Assembly (NCBI GenBank): GCA_963769025.1
Contig: CAVYKI010000009.1
Location: 608,001-672,000, forward strand
Direction of reading: 5' to 3'
Length of the DNA: 64,000 nucleotides
Origin: an uncultured Verrucomicrobiae bacterium
GTDB lineage: Bacteria; Verrucomicrobiota; Verrucomicrobiia; Chthoniobacterales; Chthoniobacteraceae
Part shown: in pieces, positions 32,371-41,049 of the stretch
Layout of the letters: every line of letters begins with the position of its first letter
Numbering within the stretch: the first letter of the stretch is position 1
The notes under the pieces: generated by a model
Told to the model about the DNA's origin: nothing
Seen by the model: the letters and a program-made list of their open reading frames with translations, nothing else
Database searches by the model: none
Program-made: the position numbers and the translations under genes

Positions 32371-34152
32371 ATGAACACCCCAAAAATGAAAACAAACACA
32401 CCACTGAGGACGGGCATCTGTGCCGCGCTCGTCGCTCTCATCGGAGTCGCCATGCAAGGGGTGGGCTTCGCACTCACTGTGACGAACAATCAGGACAATG
32501 CACCCAGCGCGTCGCTCATCACGGGCAGCCTGCGCTGGGCCATCGTCAACACTCCGCCGAACGGGTTGGTCGACTTTTCTTCCTCCTTGAAGGGAAAGAC
32601 CATCGTGCTCAAAGCCGGCCAGGTGGTGATTGACAAGGTTTTGACCATCCGGGGCCTCGGATGCGATTTCCTGACGGTCAGCGGCAACAATGTGAGCCGC
32701 GTGTTTTATGTGAATGCGACCGGTCTCGCCCCGACGACCATCTCCGACATGACCGTCACCAAAGGCAATGGCACGGGGCCCGACCTCTCGGGCTTTGGCA
32801 ATGCCTCCCACGGCGGCGGAATCCACAACGTGGGCAATCTTCAGCTTCTGCGCGTCTGCGTGACCGCCAACAAGTCGCCGCTTGGCAGCGGCGGCGGCAT
32901 CTATAACCGAGGCACGCTCAGCGGGCTCACCGACAGCACCGTCTCCTACAATACCGCGGGCCAGAACGGCGGCGGCATCTTCGACGAGCAGGACATGACG
33001 ATCATCCGCAGTTCCATCACCAACAACTCCGCCGGCGGCGACGGTGGCGGCATCCAGGAGGCGGGCACGGCAAATCTGATCAATACGACGATCTCCTCGA
33101 ACACTGCAGCGGGCTCCGGTGGCGGGCTCAACGATCAGGGAGGAACCACGTTGAAGACCTACAACGTGACCATCACCGGCAATACTGCGGCGGTGGGTGG
33201 CGGGATGGCGAACGTGCCGTTCCTTGGCGCTTCGTGGGAGCTTCGCAACACGATCGTGGGCGGCAACAGTGCACCGAATGCGCCGGACGTGAGCAATGCA
33301 TTCGGTTCGCAAATCAGCCAGGGGAACAACCTCATCAAGGTCACCACCGGCGCCCCCTCAGGAAGTTTTGTCGCCAGCGACATCCTCGGTGCAGATCCAC
33401 GGCTCGGCCCCCTTCAGGAAAACGGGGGACCGACGCTGACTCACGCGCTCCTGCCCGGCAGCCCGGCCATCGACAAAGGCAGCAATGGCAACCTGCTCGC
33501 CAGCATGACCACGGATCAGCGGGGCTTCATGATCCGCGTCATCGACGGCGGCCTCAGCCTCACGGTGGACATCGGCGCCTACGAATACACCTCGGCAAAA
33601 GGGCTCAAGAACGAGGCAATCGCCAGTCTTACGGATTGCCTTTCCAGCACGCACTGCAAGACCCGCGTGTGGGCAGCTGCTGCGATCCTCCGCATCCAGC
33701 GCAGTCTGACGCCAGCGTTGTGGGTGACGGGGAGCGACACGACTCTCACGAGGTGTGGGGAACTCGTGTTCGATAAAGAGCAGGAGGCAGCCTATCTCAT
33801 TCAGAAGATCATCAAGTATAGCCCCGACCTGGCATGCGTGCAGTCGGCCACCTACGCGGTCCAGGATCTCGTGCTGGCGGATGAGCAGCTTGCCCGCGAG
33901 GCGATCCGCCTTGCCGTCGCCGCGAACGGCAACGCCAAAAAAATCCAGGACGCGAACAAGGAACTTGTCACCGCCCAGTCATATCTTGCCAAGCAGGACT
34001 ACAAGAAGGCCATCGAGCACTTTAAACATGCATGGGAAAAGGCGCAGGAATCGGTCGGCATCAAGCCGGACGACGACACATGCAAGGCCCTGAAGAAACA
34101 GTGGCAGAACGACGGCGACGACGATGACGACGACGAGGAGGACTGCAATTAA
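32371..34152 (+). CDS. Secreted right-handed beta-helix (choice-of-anchor Q type) protein with helical C-terminal domain and acidic tail
   Basis: Signal peptide; GSLRWAI; GGGIxN repeats; DPRLGPLQENGGPTLTHALLPGSPAIDKG...DQRG...DIGAYE; ends DGDDDDDDEEDCN. Confidence 0.85.
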   Translation: MNTPKMKTNTPLRTGICAALVALIGVAMQGVGFALTVTNNQDNAPSASLITGSLRWAIVNTPPNGLVDFSSSLKGKTIVLKAGQVVIDKVLTIRGLGCDFLTVSGNNVSRVFYVNATGLAPTTISDMTVTKGNGTGPDLSGFGNASHGGGIHNVGNLQLLRVCVTANKSPLGSGGGIYNRGTLSGLTDSTVSYNTAGQNGGGIFDEQDMTIIRSSITNNSAGGDGGGIQEAGTANLINTTISSNTAAGSGGGLNDQGGTTLKTYNVTITGNTAAVGGGMANVPFLGASWELRNTIVGGNSAPNAPDVSNAFGSQISQGNNLIKVTTGAPSGSFVASDILGADPRLGPLQENGGPTLTHALLPGSPAIDKGSNGNLLASMTTDQRGFMIRVIDGGLSLTVDIGAYEYTSAKGLKNEAIASLTDCLSSTHCKTRVWAAAAILRIQRSLTPALWVTGSDTTLTRCGELVFDKEQEAAYLIQKIIKYSPDLACVQSATYAVQDLVLADEQLAREAIRLAVAANGNAKKIQDANKELVTAQSYLAKQDYKKAIEHFKHAWEKAQESVGIKPDDDTCKALKKQWQNDGDDDDDDEEDCN

Positions 34153-34179
34153 GAGCCATTCGATCCTTGGTTGAATTCA

Positions 34180-34214
34180 GGGCGGCCGGAGTTTTCTCCG
34201 GCCGCCCTTTTTTT
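34180..34214 (+). terminator. Rho-independent terminator
   Basis: GGGCGGCCGGAG-TTTT-CTCCGGCCGCCC followed by T7. Confidence 0.88.
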
Positions 34215-34261
34215 GCATTTGCGTGGGGATCGCAGGGAATCGAATCGTGCACTGCACCTTC

Positions 34262-35395
34262 TCAGTCGCGCGATCTGGGTGCCGGAGGCAGCGCCACACC
34301 CATGGCTTCCAGGCTCTCGCGGATTCCTCCCAGCAGCCCCGCGAAGTCTCCCGGGGTGAGCTGACCGATCGTGCCGATGCGGAAGCTGTCGCCGTGGGAA
34401 AGCTTGCCCGGATAGATGACGAGGCCGCGCACGGCGAGCCGGTGGCAGAAGTCCTCGAAGTCAAATCGCGGGTCGGCCGGGAAGTGGAAGGCGATGATGA
34501 TCGGGCCTTGCAGTTCCCGGCGGAGGACAGGCCGGAATCCCATCCCCTCCATGCCTGACAAAAGCGTGCGCTGGCTTTCCCGGTAGCGCCTTTCCCGCGC
34601 GGCGACGCCGCCTTCGCGGGTGAGTTGATCGAGTGCCGCGGCGAGGGCGAGGCAGACATGCGTGGGGGGCGTGAATCGGAACTGGCCGCTGCTCTCGAGT
34701 TCGTCCCTCTGCGCTGGCAGATCGAGGCTCACGCTGCGGGCGTGGCCTCGCGCGGCATCGAGGGATGCGCTTCGCGCAATCGCAAAGGCAATGCCGGGGA
34801 CGCCCTCGATGCATTTGTTCGCCGAGGAGATCAGGCAGTCGATGTTCCATCTGGTGACATCCACCGGGATGCCGCCGAAACTGCTCATCGCATCCACCAG
34901 GAAGCGCCGCCCGGCTGCCGCGACGACGGCCCCGATTTCCGCGATGGGGTTGAGGATGCCGGTGGTGGTTTCGCAATGGACGGCAGCGACGTGGGTGACC
35001 TCGGGGTGTGCGGCGAGATGCACTTTTGCGGATCCCGGATCGTTCGGCTCGGTCTCCGGTGCTTCGATGCTGTCCACCGCGATGCCGAGCCGTTGCGCGA
35101 TGCCGATCATCCGGCGGCCGTACGCCCCGTTGGCGAGGACGAGGAGCTTTCCGTCCGGTGGGATGAGCGAGCCGATGGCGGCTTCGATGGCGAAGGTGCC
35201 GCTGCCTTGCATGGGCACTGCCGAGAACTCCGGGCCGGCGCCGGCGATCATCAGCAATTCCTGGCGAATGTGACGGACGATCTGGATGAAGGCCGCATCG
35301 CGCGGGCCCATGTCCCTTTGCATGGCGTCGCGCACGGCGTCGCTCGTGTTGATCGGTCCGGGCGTGAAGAGGCGCTGGCGGATGTGGTCCGTCAT
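34262..35395 (-). CDS. phnW: 2-aminoethylphosphonate aminotransferase (AepZ/PhnW family)
   Basis: LFTPGP, QGSGTFAIEA, NGAYGRR, VHCETTTGILNP, DAMSSFGG, SSANKCIEGVPG, QFRFTPPTH, IYPGK. Confidence 0.93.
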   Translation of the reverse strand: MTDHIRQRLFTPGPINTSDAVRDAMQRDMGPRDAAFIQIVRHIRQELLMIAGAGPEFSAVPMQGSGTFAIEAAIGSLIPPDGKLLVLANGAYGRRMIGIAQRLGIAVDSIEAPETEPNDPGSAKVHLAAHPEVTHVAAVHCETTTGILNPIAEIGAVVAAAGRRFLVDAMSSFGGIPVDVTRWNIDCLISSANKCIEGVPGIAFAIARSASLDAARGHARSVSLDLPAQRDELESSGQFRFTPPTHVCLALAAALDQLTREGGVAARERRYRESQRTLLSGMEGMGFRPVLRRELQGPIIIAFHFPADPRFDFEDFCHRLAVRGLVIYPGKLSHGDSFRIGTIGQLTPGDFAGLLGGIRESLEAMGVALPPAPRSRD

Positions 35396-36543
35396 TTCCG
35401 GGTGGCGAGGTATCGCATGAAGCGTTCCTTGATTGCAGGCGGCTTCACCGCGGGCCGGCCGAGTTTCTCCAGCGAGCCAGGGCGGATTTTCAAATGGAGC
35501 AGCGAGGGGCCGGCGTTCGGGCACATCTCCGCAAGACAGGCGGCGAGGTCCTCGGCACGCTCCGCGCTGAAGACGTTTCGGTAGCCCGCCGCCGCGGCGA
35601 TTCGCGCGAAATCAACCGTCGGGGAGACGGTCGCCTGCCCTCCGGTGGAATCGTGCGTTTCATTGTCGAGGATGATGTGGATCAAGCGCTCCGGCTGGTA
35701 GTGGCCGATGGTCGCAAGCGTCCCCATTTTCATGAGCGCCGCGCCGTCACCGTCGAGGATGATGACGCGCTGCCCCGGCAGTGTGTGCGCGATGCCGAGG
35801 CCAATCGCGGACGCGGTGCCCATACCTCCGACGACGTAGAGATTTCCCGGCCGGTCTGAAACGGTGAAGAGTTCGCGCCCGGTCTTGCCAGTCGTGGCCA
35901 CGATGGCGTCGTCGTCGGTGCAGAAGCGAAGGATGTGAGCGATGGCCTTACTGCGCGTGAGTCGCAAGGACGGCGAATCGAAAGGCAGAAGCCGTGCATG
36001 CGCCTTCACTGTGGCGGCTGCCGCGCGCGGCTCTAGCGCGCACGTCGCGAAGGTGTCCTTTTTCAGGATGAAGGCGAAGGGAAGCTGTCGCTCGCGCATG
36101 GAGGCATCGGCTTCGTCGAGGGCGGCATCCATTTCTCCCTGCTCCTCGGGGAACGGCAGCCACGGGATCTCCAGCGTGTCGAGCATCCGCTGCGTGATGC
36201 GGCCCATCAGTTCGTGCTGCGGCTCATCGGCGAGTCCCGGCTCGCCACGCCAGGTGGTGACGAGCAGCGTGGGGATGCGGAATGGATGGTTGAGCGACGT
36301 GAGCGGATTGATCGCGTTTCCGAGTCCCGAGTTTTGGCAAAGGGTCACCGTCTTGCGACCGGCGAGACTGGCGCCGAGGTTGATGCCGATTGCCTCGCCT
36401 TCACTCGTTGCGCCCACGTAGTCGAGTTCGCGGTCGTTGATCACAGCGTTGATCAGCGGCGTCAGGAAGGAGCAGGGGACTCCGGAAAAAAACGAGTATC
36501 CGAGAGCACGCAGCCTCGCGAGAAGCGCCCGTGCTTCGATCAT
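35392..36543 (-). CDS. aepY: Phosphonopyruvate decarboxylase
   Basis: FFSGVPCSFL, QNSGLGNAINPLTSL, WRGEPG..DEPQH, TTGKTGREL, DGDGAALM, HDSTGGQ; 4-bp overlaps with both neighbours. Confidence 0.93.
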   Translation of the reverse strand: MIEARALLARLRALGYSFFSGVPCSFLTPLINAVINDRELDYVGATSEGEAIGINLGASLAGRKTVTLCQNSGLGNAINPLTSLNHPFRIPTLLVTTWRGEPGLADEPQHELMGRITQRMLDTLEIPWLPFPEEQGEMDAALDEADASMRERQLPFAFILKKDTFATCALEPRAAAATVKAHARLLPFDSPSLRLTRSKAIAHILRFCTDDDAIVATTGKTGRELFTVSDRPGNLYVVGGMGTASAIGLGIAHTLPGQRVIILDGDGAALMKMGTLATIGHYQPERLIHIILDNETHDSTGGQATVSPTVDFARIAAAAGYRNVFSAERAEDLAACLAEMCPNAGPSLLHLKIRPGSLEKLGRPAVKPPAIKERFMRYLATRK

Positions 36544-37544
36544 TCCGCGCTGAGTGGGGCGAGGCTGAGCTTCGCGGGCGGACGCTTCGGCCGCGCCGAT
36601 GTTGCCAGCGCGGCTTTCTCCGCACCGTCGGCGATTTTTGCGGACTGGCCGGCGCTGTCGCCAGGAAGGTATCGCCTTTCGGCCTCGGTGAGTTCGTCGG
36701 CGTTCTGGAGGCGGAAGACTTCCTGCAAGGGAGCAATTTCCCCATCGATGCCGGTCACGGACTGTTCCTCGAAGATCTGGCGGCACGTCGCCTGCATCGC
36801 CGCGATCGAACTCCTCAGATTGTGATTTGCCCAGATGACCGTGCTGAATCCGGCTTCGGCGAAAACCGCCGCCGGCGTCCGACTGAAGGTCGTGGGCACC
36901 ACGATGAGCGGGGTGGAGCGATCCCACTCTGAGGCAAAGGCGAGGACCTCGTCTGCGTCAGTCCGCTTGCTGTGCACGAGCAGGGCATCCGCTCCGGCAT
37001 CGGCATACAGGTGCGCGCGGCGAAGAACCTCCGCAATTTCCACTCCCGCAATGAATCCCTCCAGTCGCGCGATGACGCAAAAATCCGCACGGCTTTGCGT
37101 GTCCTTAGCCGCCTTGATCTTTCCGGTGAACTCCATCGGATCCACCAGCTTCTTTTTGCCCTCGCTCAGGGAATTGCGCTTCGGAAAAATCTGGTCTTCG
37201 ATGCACACGCCGTCGATTCCGCGCTGATTGAGCTTCCGCACGAGTCGGCGGACGTTGTTGAAATTCCCAAACCCCGAGTCCCCATCGAGCAGGATCGGCA
37301 GCCGGGTGGCGTCGCGCATGAATTCCACGATTTCGAGCACCTGGGTCCAGCTCGCCTCGTTGCAATCGCGGACGCCGAGCGTGGCCGACATGGAAAGCCC
37401 GCTGGCCCAGATCCCGGCAAAGCCCGCCTCCTCGACGATCTTCGCGCTCAGCCCGTTGTGAGCTTCCATGAAGAACTCCATTTCCCCGGAATACAGCAGT
37501 TCTTTCAGCCCGCGAGGCTGGGGTGGATTGTGATTATGTTTCAA
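36540..37544 (-). CDS. pepM: Phosphoenolpyruvate mutase (start uncertain: TTG 37544 or further upstream)
   Basis: MEAHNGLSA, GIWASGL, RDCNEASWT, DGDSGFGNFNN, IEDQIFPKRNS, LLVHSK, IWANH; directly upstream of ppd. Confidence 0.88.
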   Translation of the reverse strand: MKHNHNPPQPRGLKELLYSGEMEFFMEAHNGLSAKIVEEAGFAGIWASGLSMSATLGVRDCNEASWTQVLEIVEFMRDATRLPILLDGDSGFGNFNNVRRLVRKLNQRGIDGVCIEDQIFPKRNSLSEGKKKLVDPMEFTGKIKAAKDTQSRADFCVIARLEGFIAGVEIAEVLRRAHLYADAGADALLVHSKRTDADEVLAFASEWDRSTPLIVVPTTFSRTPAAVFAEAGFSTVIWANHNLRSSIAAMQATCRQIFEEQSVTGIDGEIAPLQEVFRLQNADELTEAERRYLPGDSAGQSAKIADGAEKAALATSARPKRPPAKLSLAPLSAE

Positions 37545-37867
37545 AGGATGGGGGAGGTGGAAGGCTGTCGCAATTCCCTTGCCCGCAACAATCATGCTAG
37601 CGGAGGAAGTACTCCGTTCAAGGATGGACTGCCTTCCTGCAGCGGGTTCCATCCCTGCACGTCCGGCAAATTCGAGGTGTCCTGGCGGGCACTGCGTTTC
37701 CTTCCGGCGATGCCATTTGGGTGCAGCAAGGGCGACCGGCTGCTTGACGGCAGCGATGCGGAAAATACCGTGGCGGCCGTGAGCCGTGACGAACATCCAG
37801 CATCAAAGATCAGAGCAGTGCCGGCCCGGTCCATCCGCCAAGGAATGCGCAGCGCGGGGAATTGATC

Positions 37868-39070
37868 ATGTCGCTCTTTTCTTGGCTTGGCATCGGAAAA
37901 GCCAGTCCCGCTCCTTCTGAGCAATCACGGGCTGACCTGACCGGAACTGCAGACCTCCCATCCGTCTTTTGCGATCCGGCCTCGAATAACGCGCGGGACG
38001 CGTTGGACCTCGGAAAAATCCGCATCGTCGAAGATCCCACAGTCGCGGATCTCCTTTGGATGCGGAAGGGGTATCGGGACTGGTTCGGAAAACTCCGGCC
38101 GTTTCAGCTCTTGAATCATTTTCCAAACGAGCGCGCGATGACCGACAAGGGATTCCTCGCAGAGCACCTCGGCAGGTTTTCCAGGAACCAGTCGAAGTAT
38201 GACTTCGGCATGACGGATCTCGTCCAGGAGACCTACTGCCTCTACATTCCGGAAGAGAGGGAGCGTTTCTTCAGCCAGCTTCCGGCTTCTGAATCGAAGG
38301 AGAATCTTTGGATACTCAAGCCCTGCTCCTCGTCCCGCGGCAGGGGCATCCAAATCCTCTGGCAGTTTGATGAGTTGCGCGATGCGTATGCGCATCCCGA
38401 AGAATTCGCATTCGATCCGCAGAAGGACCGCTACGTCATCCAAAGATACATCCGGAACCCGCTGCTGCTCGACGGGCGCAAGTCCGAAATCCGGATCTAC
38501 TGGCTCGTCGCCTCCCTCGATCCGCTCCTCGTCCTCATGTATCGCGAAGGAACGGTGCGGCTGAATACGCAGCCATTCAGCCTCGATGATTTTGAAAATA
38601 CGCTGATCCACGTGACCAATGTGTTTCAGCAAAAGGCCCATCCGGACTACGATCCGTCGGCTGTCTTGAAATGGAGTTTTTCGGATTGGGAAAACTACCT
38701 CATCCAGGATCGGAAGCTCGCGCCGGAGAACTGGGTCGAGGGACACCTGAAGCCGCAGCTCAAGCGCATGCTGTCCTTCGTGGTGGACGCCGCGCGGCCC
38801 ACGCTCTCGCAAGATCTCGGCAACGGACTCCCCTTCGGCCTGTTCGGGGCCGACATCATTTTCGATGACACACTGCATCCCTGGCTCACGGAGGTTCAGA
38901 AGGGACCGGGGCTCAGCTTCGACGACCCGATCAAGCAGAAGGTGATTCCAGCCATGCTGAACGAGGGGATCGCCATCATGCTCGAAGTACGACGCCGCAA
39001 ACGCGACGGCCTCGGATTGGCGCAGCTGGATGCCGTCCAAGGATTCGAGTGGGTGATCCGTGAGACGTGA
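37868..39070 (+). CDS. Tubulin-tyrosine ligase / TTLL family ATP-grasp ligase
   Basis: NHFP...TDK, WILKPCSSSRGRGI, YVIQRYIRNPLLLDGRKSEIRIYWLV, HVTNVFQQK, GLFGADIIFD..LHPWLTEVQKGP follow TTL-family motif order. Confidence 0.85.
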   Translation: MSLFSWLGIGKASPAPSEQSRADLTGTADLPSVFCDPASNNARDALDLGKIRIVEDPTVADLLWMRKGYRDWFGKLRPFQLLNHFPNERAMTDKGFLAEHLGRFSRNQSKYDFGMTDLVQETYCLYIPEERERFFSQLPASESKENLWILKPCSSSRGRGIQILWQFDELRDAYAHPEEFAFDPQKDRYVIQRYIRNPLLLDGRKSEIRIYWLVASLDPLLVLMYREGTVRLNTQPFSLDDFENTLIHVTNVFQQKAHPDYDPSAVLKWSFSDWENYLIQDRKLAPENWVEGHLKPQLKRMLSFVVDAARPTLSQDLGNGLPFGLFGADIIFDDTLHPWLTEVQKGPGLSFDDPIKQKVIPAMLNEGIAIMLEVRRRKRDGLGLAQLDAVQGFEWVIRET

Positions 39071-39223
39071 GGCGCGGCAGAGCTGCTTCGAGCGGCTGCC
39101 GACGATGCTGAGGAACACCAGCAGCACCACCAGCCCGCCGCCTGCGTGCCGAACATCCTTGGGTGGCTTGGCTCACGCAGAGCGTGGCTGCGGTTCCTTC
39201 ACCGGCGGGCGAAAAGCGCGGCC

Positions 39224-40183
39224 CTATTTCGAAAGGATGAATTTGTGAAGATGCCCGAACGCGCTCCACTCCGCGACGATGAGATTGCCGTCCTTGTCGA
39301 TGGATGCGCCGTGCGGTGAGTTCGTGATGCCGTCCTTCCACTGGTCTTCCTTCAGCCCGAAGTTTGCACGTTGTGCCGCCACGGGATTGTCTCCGACCTG
39401 CGCGACGATCGCGCCAGTCTTGTCGAGCACCGTCACGCGTCCCTGCAGCTCGGGGACCACGGCGTAGTCGCCGCGGATGTGGACCGCGGCGGGCAGGCGG
39501 AGATCGGCCTGGATGACCTTCACGAAATTGCCGTCGAGATCCCAGTGCTCGACGCGGTTGTTATTGCGATTGCAGACGAAGAGCAGCGGCTTTTCCCCGC
39601 GCGTGTCGAGGGCGATGCCGTGGCACGTCTTGAAGAATCCGACGGAAGGGCCGGGCGCGCCGAATGCCTTCACGAATTTGCGATCCTTGTCGAATTTGAA
39701 GATGTGGTTGGAACCGTATCCGTCGGCCACGAAGATGGAGCCATCGGGGCCCACCGTGACGGCACAGGGGTTGAAGCCGTTCGCATCTTTGCACACTCCG
39801 GATTCCTCGGGGTATTTGAGGGACCACTCCTGCGTCCCGTCGAGCTTGAGCTTGATGACTTCATGCGCCGAAGGACGCGCGCCGTAGATCACCTCCGTGC
39901 CGTTTTCCTCGCGAATTTCGAGGCCGTGGATTTTTGCCGGGCCAAAGGCGCGGACAAATTTGCCAGCGGGAGAGAAAACGAGGATGCCGCGCGGTGTGTC
40001 GGTGGTGACGTAGATGTTGCCCGCCTTGTCGATCACCGCGCCGCCGTGGCACGCGCCGATTGGCTGGCCGCCGGGCGTCTTTTCGAAGAAGTCCGGTGCG
40101 ATGGAAAATTTCTGCTCCGCCGCGATGGCGTGGCCGGACAGGAGGGCGATGATTCCGAGGAGGGAGTGGGTAAGGCGTTTCAT
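39224..40183 (-). CDS. Secreted NHL-repeat six-bladed beta-propeller protein
   Basis: Signal peptide; HGGAVIDKAGNIYV, DGSIFVADGYGS, FKTCHGIALD, SPHGASIDKDGNLIVAEW. Confidence 0.85.
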   Translation of the reverse strand: MKRLTHSLLGIIALLSGHAIAAEQKFSIAPDFFEKTPGGQPIGACHGGAVIDKAGNIYVTTDTPRGILVFSPAGKFVRAFGPAKIHGLEIREENGTEVIYGARPSAHEVIKLKLDGTQEWSLKYPEESGVCKDANGFNPCAVTVGPDGSIFVADGYGSNHIFKFDKDRKFVKAFGAPGPSVGFFKTCHGIALDTRGEKPLLFVCNRNNNRVEHWDLDGNFVKVIQADLRLPAAVHIRGDYAVVPELQGRVTVLDKTGAIVAQVGDNPVAAQRANFGLKEDQWKDGITNSPHGASIDKDGNLIVAEWSAFGHLHKFILSK

Positions 40184-40302
40184 TGGGGACGCGCTTTTTC
40201 GGCGACGCGATCCAGTTTGGCAATCCGCGAGATGCCGCAGCCGGCGGCCGCCGGGTGCAAAGAATTTGTGTCGGCAACTCCGGACCGGTAGCGTCGGCGG
40301 CC

Positions 40303-41016
40303 ATGAAACTCCCCCTCATTTCCGCAGCCGTGACCTTCGCCGCGATCGCGGCCACCTCCGCCGAGACGCCGGTGCCCGCGAACTGGGCGCAGTCGGTCAA
40401 ATTTCCAGCATCAGAAAAGGCGGCGGCGCTTTTCAACGGCAAGGACCTCTCGGGCTGGAAGGGCAACGAAAAATATTGGTCCGTGCAGGACGGCGCGATC
40501 GTCGGCAAGAACACCGACGCCAACGCGCCCAAGGCGAGCACCTATCTCGTGAGCGACAAAAAGTACCGCGCATTCCGCTTGGTCTTCGAGGGCAAGCTGG
40601 TGACGAGCGAGATGCACAGCGGCGTGGCGATGTGGGGAACCCCGGTCGAGAGGGAAGGGGACCCGCTGAGCTACATGGGGCACCTGGTAATGTTCCCGTC
40701 CGGCTGGGGATTCTACGATCTCTACCGGCGCAACAGCATCCACAAGGACGACGGCACCGCGAAGAAAGCAGGGCGCCAGCACGAGTGGAACCAAATGGAA
40801 ATCCTCGCGCAGCCGCCGCGGATCCGCTTCGCGGTGAATGGCCAGCTCGTCGCGGACTGGACGGACCCGAAGCCGGAACTTTGCGGTGAAGGTCCGCTCG
40901 GCCTGCAACTGCACTCCAACAAGGTGCCGCAGGAGGTTCAATTCCGCGGGCTGATCCTTTCGGAGAACCCGGAGGACCGGATGGCGACGGTGACTGAAGC
41001 GCCCTCGGCGAAGTAG
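40303..41016 (+). CDS. DUF1080 / 3-keto-disaccharide hydrolase family protein
   Basis: Signal peptide; LFNGKDLSGW, WSVQDGAIVG, EWNQMEI, GPLGLQLH, VQFR. Confidence 0.88.
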   Translation: MKLPLISAAVTFAAIAATSAETPVPANWAQSVKFPASEKAAALFNGKDLSGWKGNEKYWSVQDGAIVGKNTDANAPKASTYLVSDKKYRAFRLVFEGKLVTSEMHSGVAMWGTPVEREGDPLSYMGHLVMFPSGWGFYDLYRRNSIHKDDGTAKKAGRQHEWNQMEILAQPPRIRFAVNGQLVADWTDPKPELCGEGPLGLQLHSNKVPQEVQFRGLILSENPEDRMATVTEAPSAK

Positions 41017-41049
41017 CGGCCGCGCCTCGCGGCGGCTCGCAAATGCGAA

